Shown: piece after piece, positions 47,544 through 47,677 of the stretch | How the letters are laid out: each line of letters begins with the position of its first letter | Position numbering within the stretch: position 1 is the first letter of the stretch | DNA from: a virus | Lineage: Duplodnaviria; Caudoviricetes | Reading direction: 5' to 3' (one strand) | IMG/VR virus record: IMGVR_UViG_3300020440_000023 | Location: 1-47,677 of that record | Length of the DNA: 47,677 nucleotides | Program-made: the position numbers and the translations under genes | The notes under the pieces: generated by a model | What the model was told of the DNA's origin: nothing | Database searches by the model: none | Seen by the model: only the letters and a program-made list of their open reading frames with translations

Positions 47544-47677
47544 ATGGCATACGTAATAAATTTAACAAATGGAGCGTCGTTAGTTACTGTTGAAGACGGA
47601 ACCATTGATCAGAGTACTTCACTTAAATTAGTAGGTAAGAACTATGCTGGTTATGGTGAAATTCAGAACGAAAACTT
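47544..47677 (+). CDS. third fibre paralog, truncated by the window end
   Basis: Manual translation MAYVINLTNGASLVTVEDGTIDQSTSLKLVGKNYAGYGEIQNEN...; TAAATA at 47512-47517 and AGGGG SD upstream. Confidence 0.85.
   Translation, partial: MAYVINLTNGASLVTVEDGTIDQSTSLKLVGKNYAGYGEIQNEN

Noticed and set aside
1-47677. Stop-codon reassignment, inteins or diversity-generating retroelement
   Set aside because: Genes are full length in the standard code and TAA, TAG and TGA all act as stops; no intein motifs noticed in gp46 or portal; no reverse transcriptase or near-identical template/variable repeat pair seen by eye.

Overview
This AT-rich window is the virion morphogenesis region of a large T4-superfamily myophage (contractile tail, standard genetic code). 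The minus strand carries the head module (major capsid gp23, scaffold gp22, prohead protease gp21, an acidic core protein, a Maf/sialyltransferase-like gene, portal gp20) and a probable tape measure gene. A gp26-like assembly chaperone is divergent from these. An inserted minus-strand block encodes late sigma factor gp55, the gp47/gp46 recombination nuclease and a small GIY-YIG nuclease. The plus strand then encodes the baseplate and tail: tube initiator, gp53/LysM, hub, gp5 spike with a GH19 muramidase, PAAR, gp25, gp6, a 5022-aa wedge/adhesin and three paralogous fibre proteins. Three signals are not shown by the ORF track. (1) A canonical -1 ribosomal frameshift cassette (T TTT TTC, 6-nt spacer, 10-bp stem) would fuse the gp26-like ORF to an unannotated downstream frame, as in lambda G/GT. 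(2) A ~435-nt GC-enriched, densely base-paired non-coding element with a possible pseudoknot abuts the stop codon of the GIY-YIG gene. (3) TAAATA late promoters often overlap stop codons and sit 5-8 nt before ATGs, suggesting leaderless mRNAs. All protein assignments come from motif recognition and synteny, not database searches.
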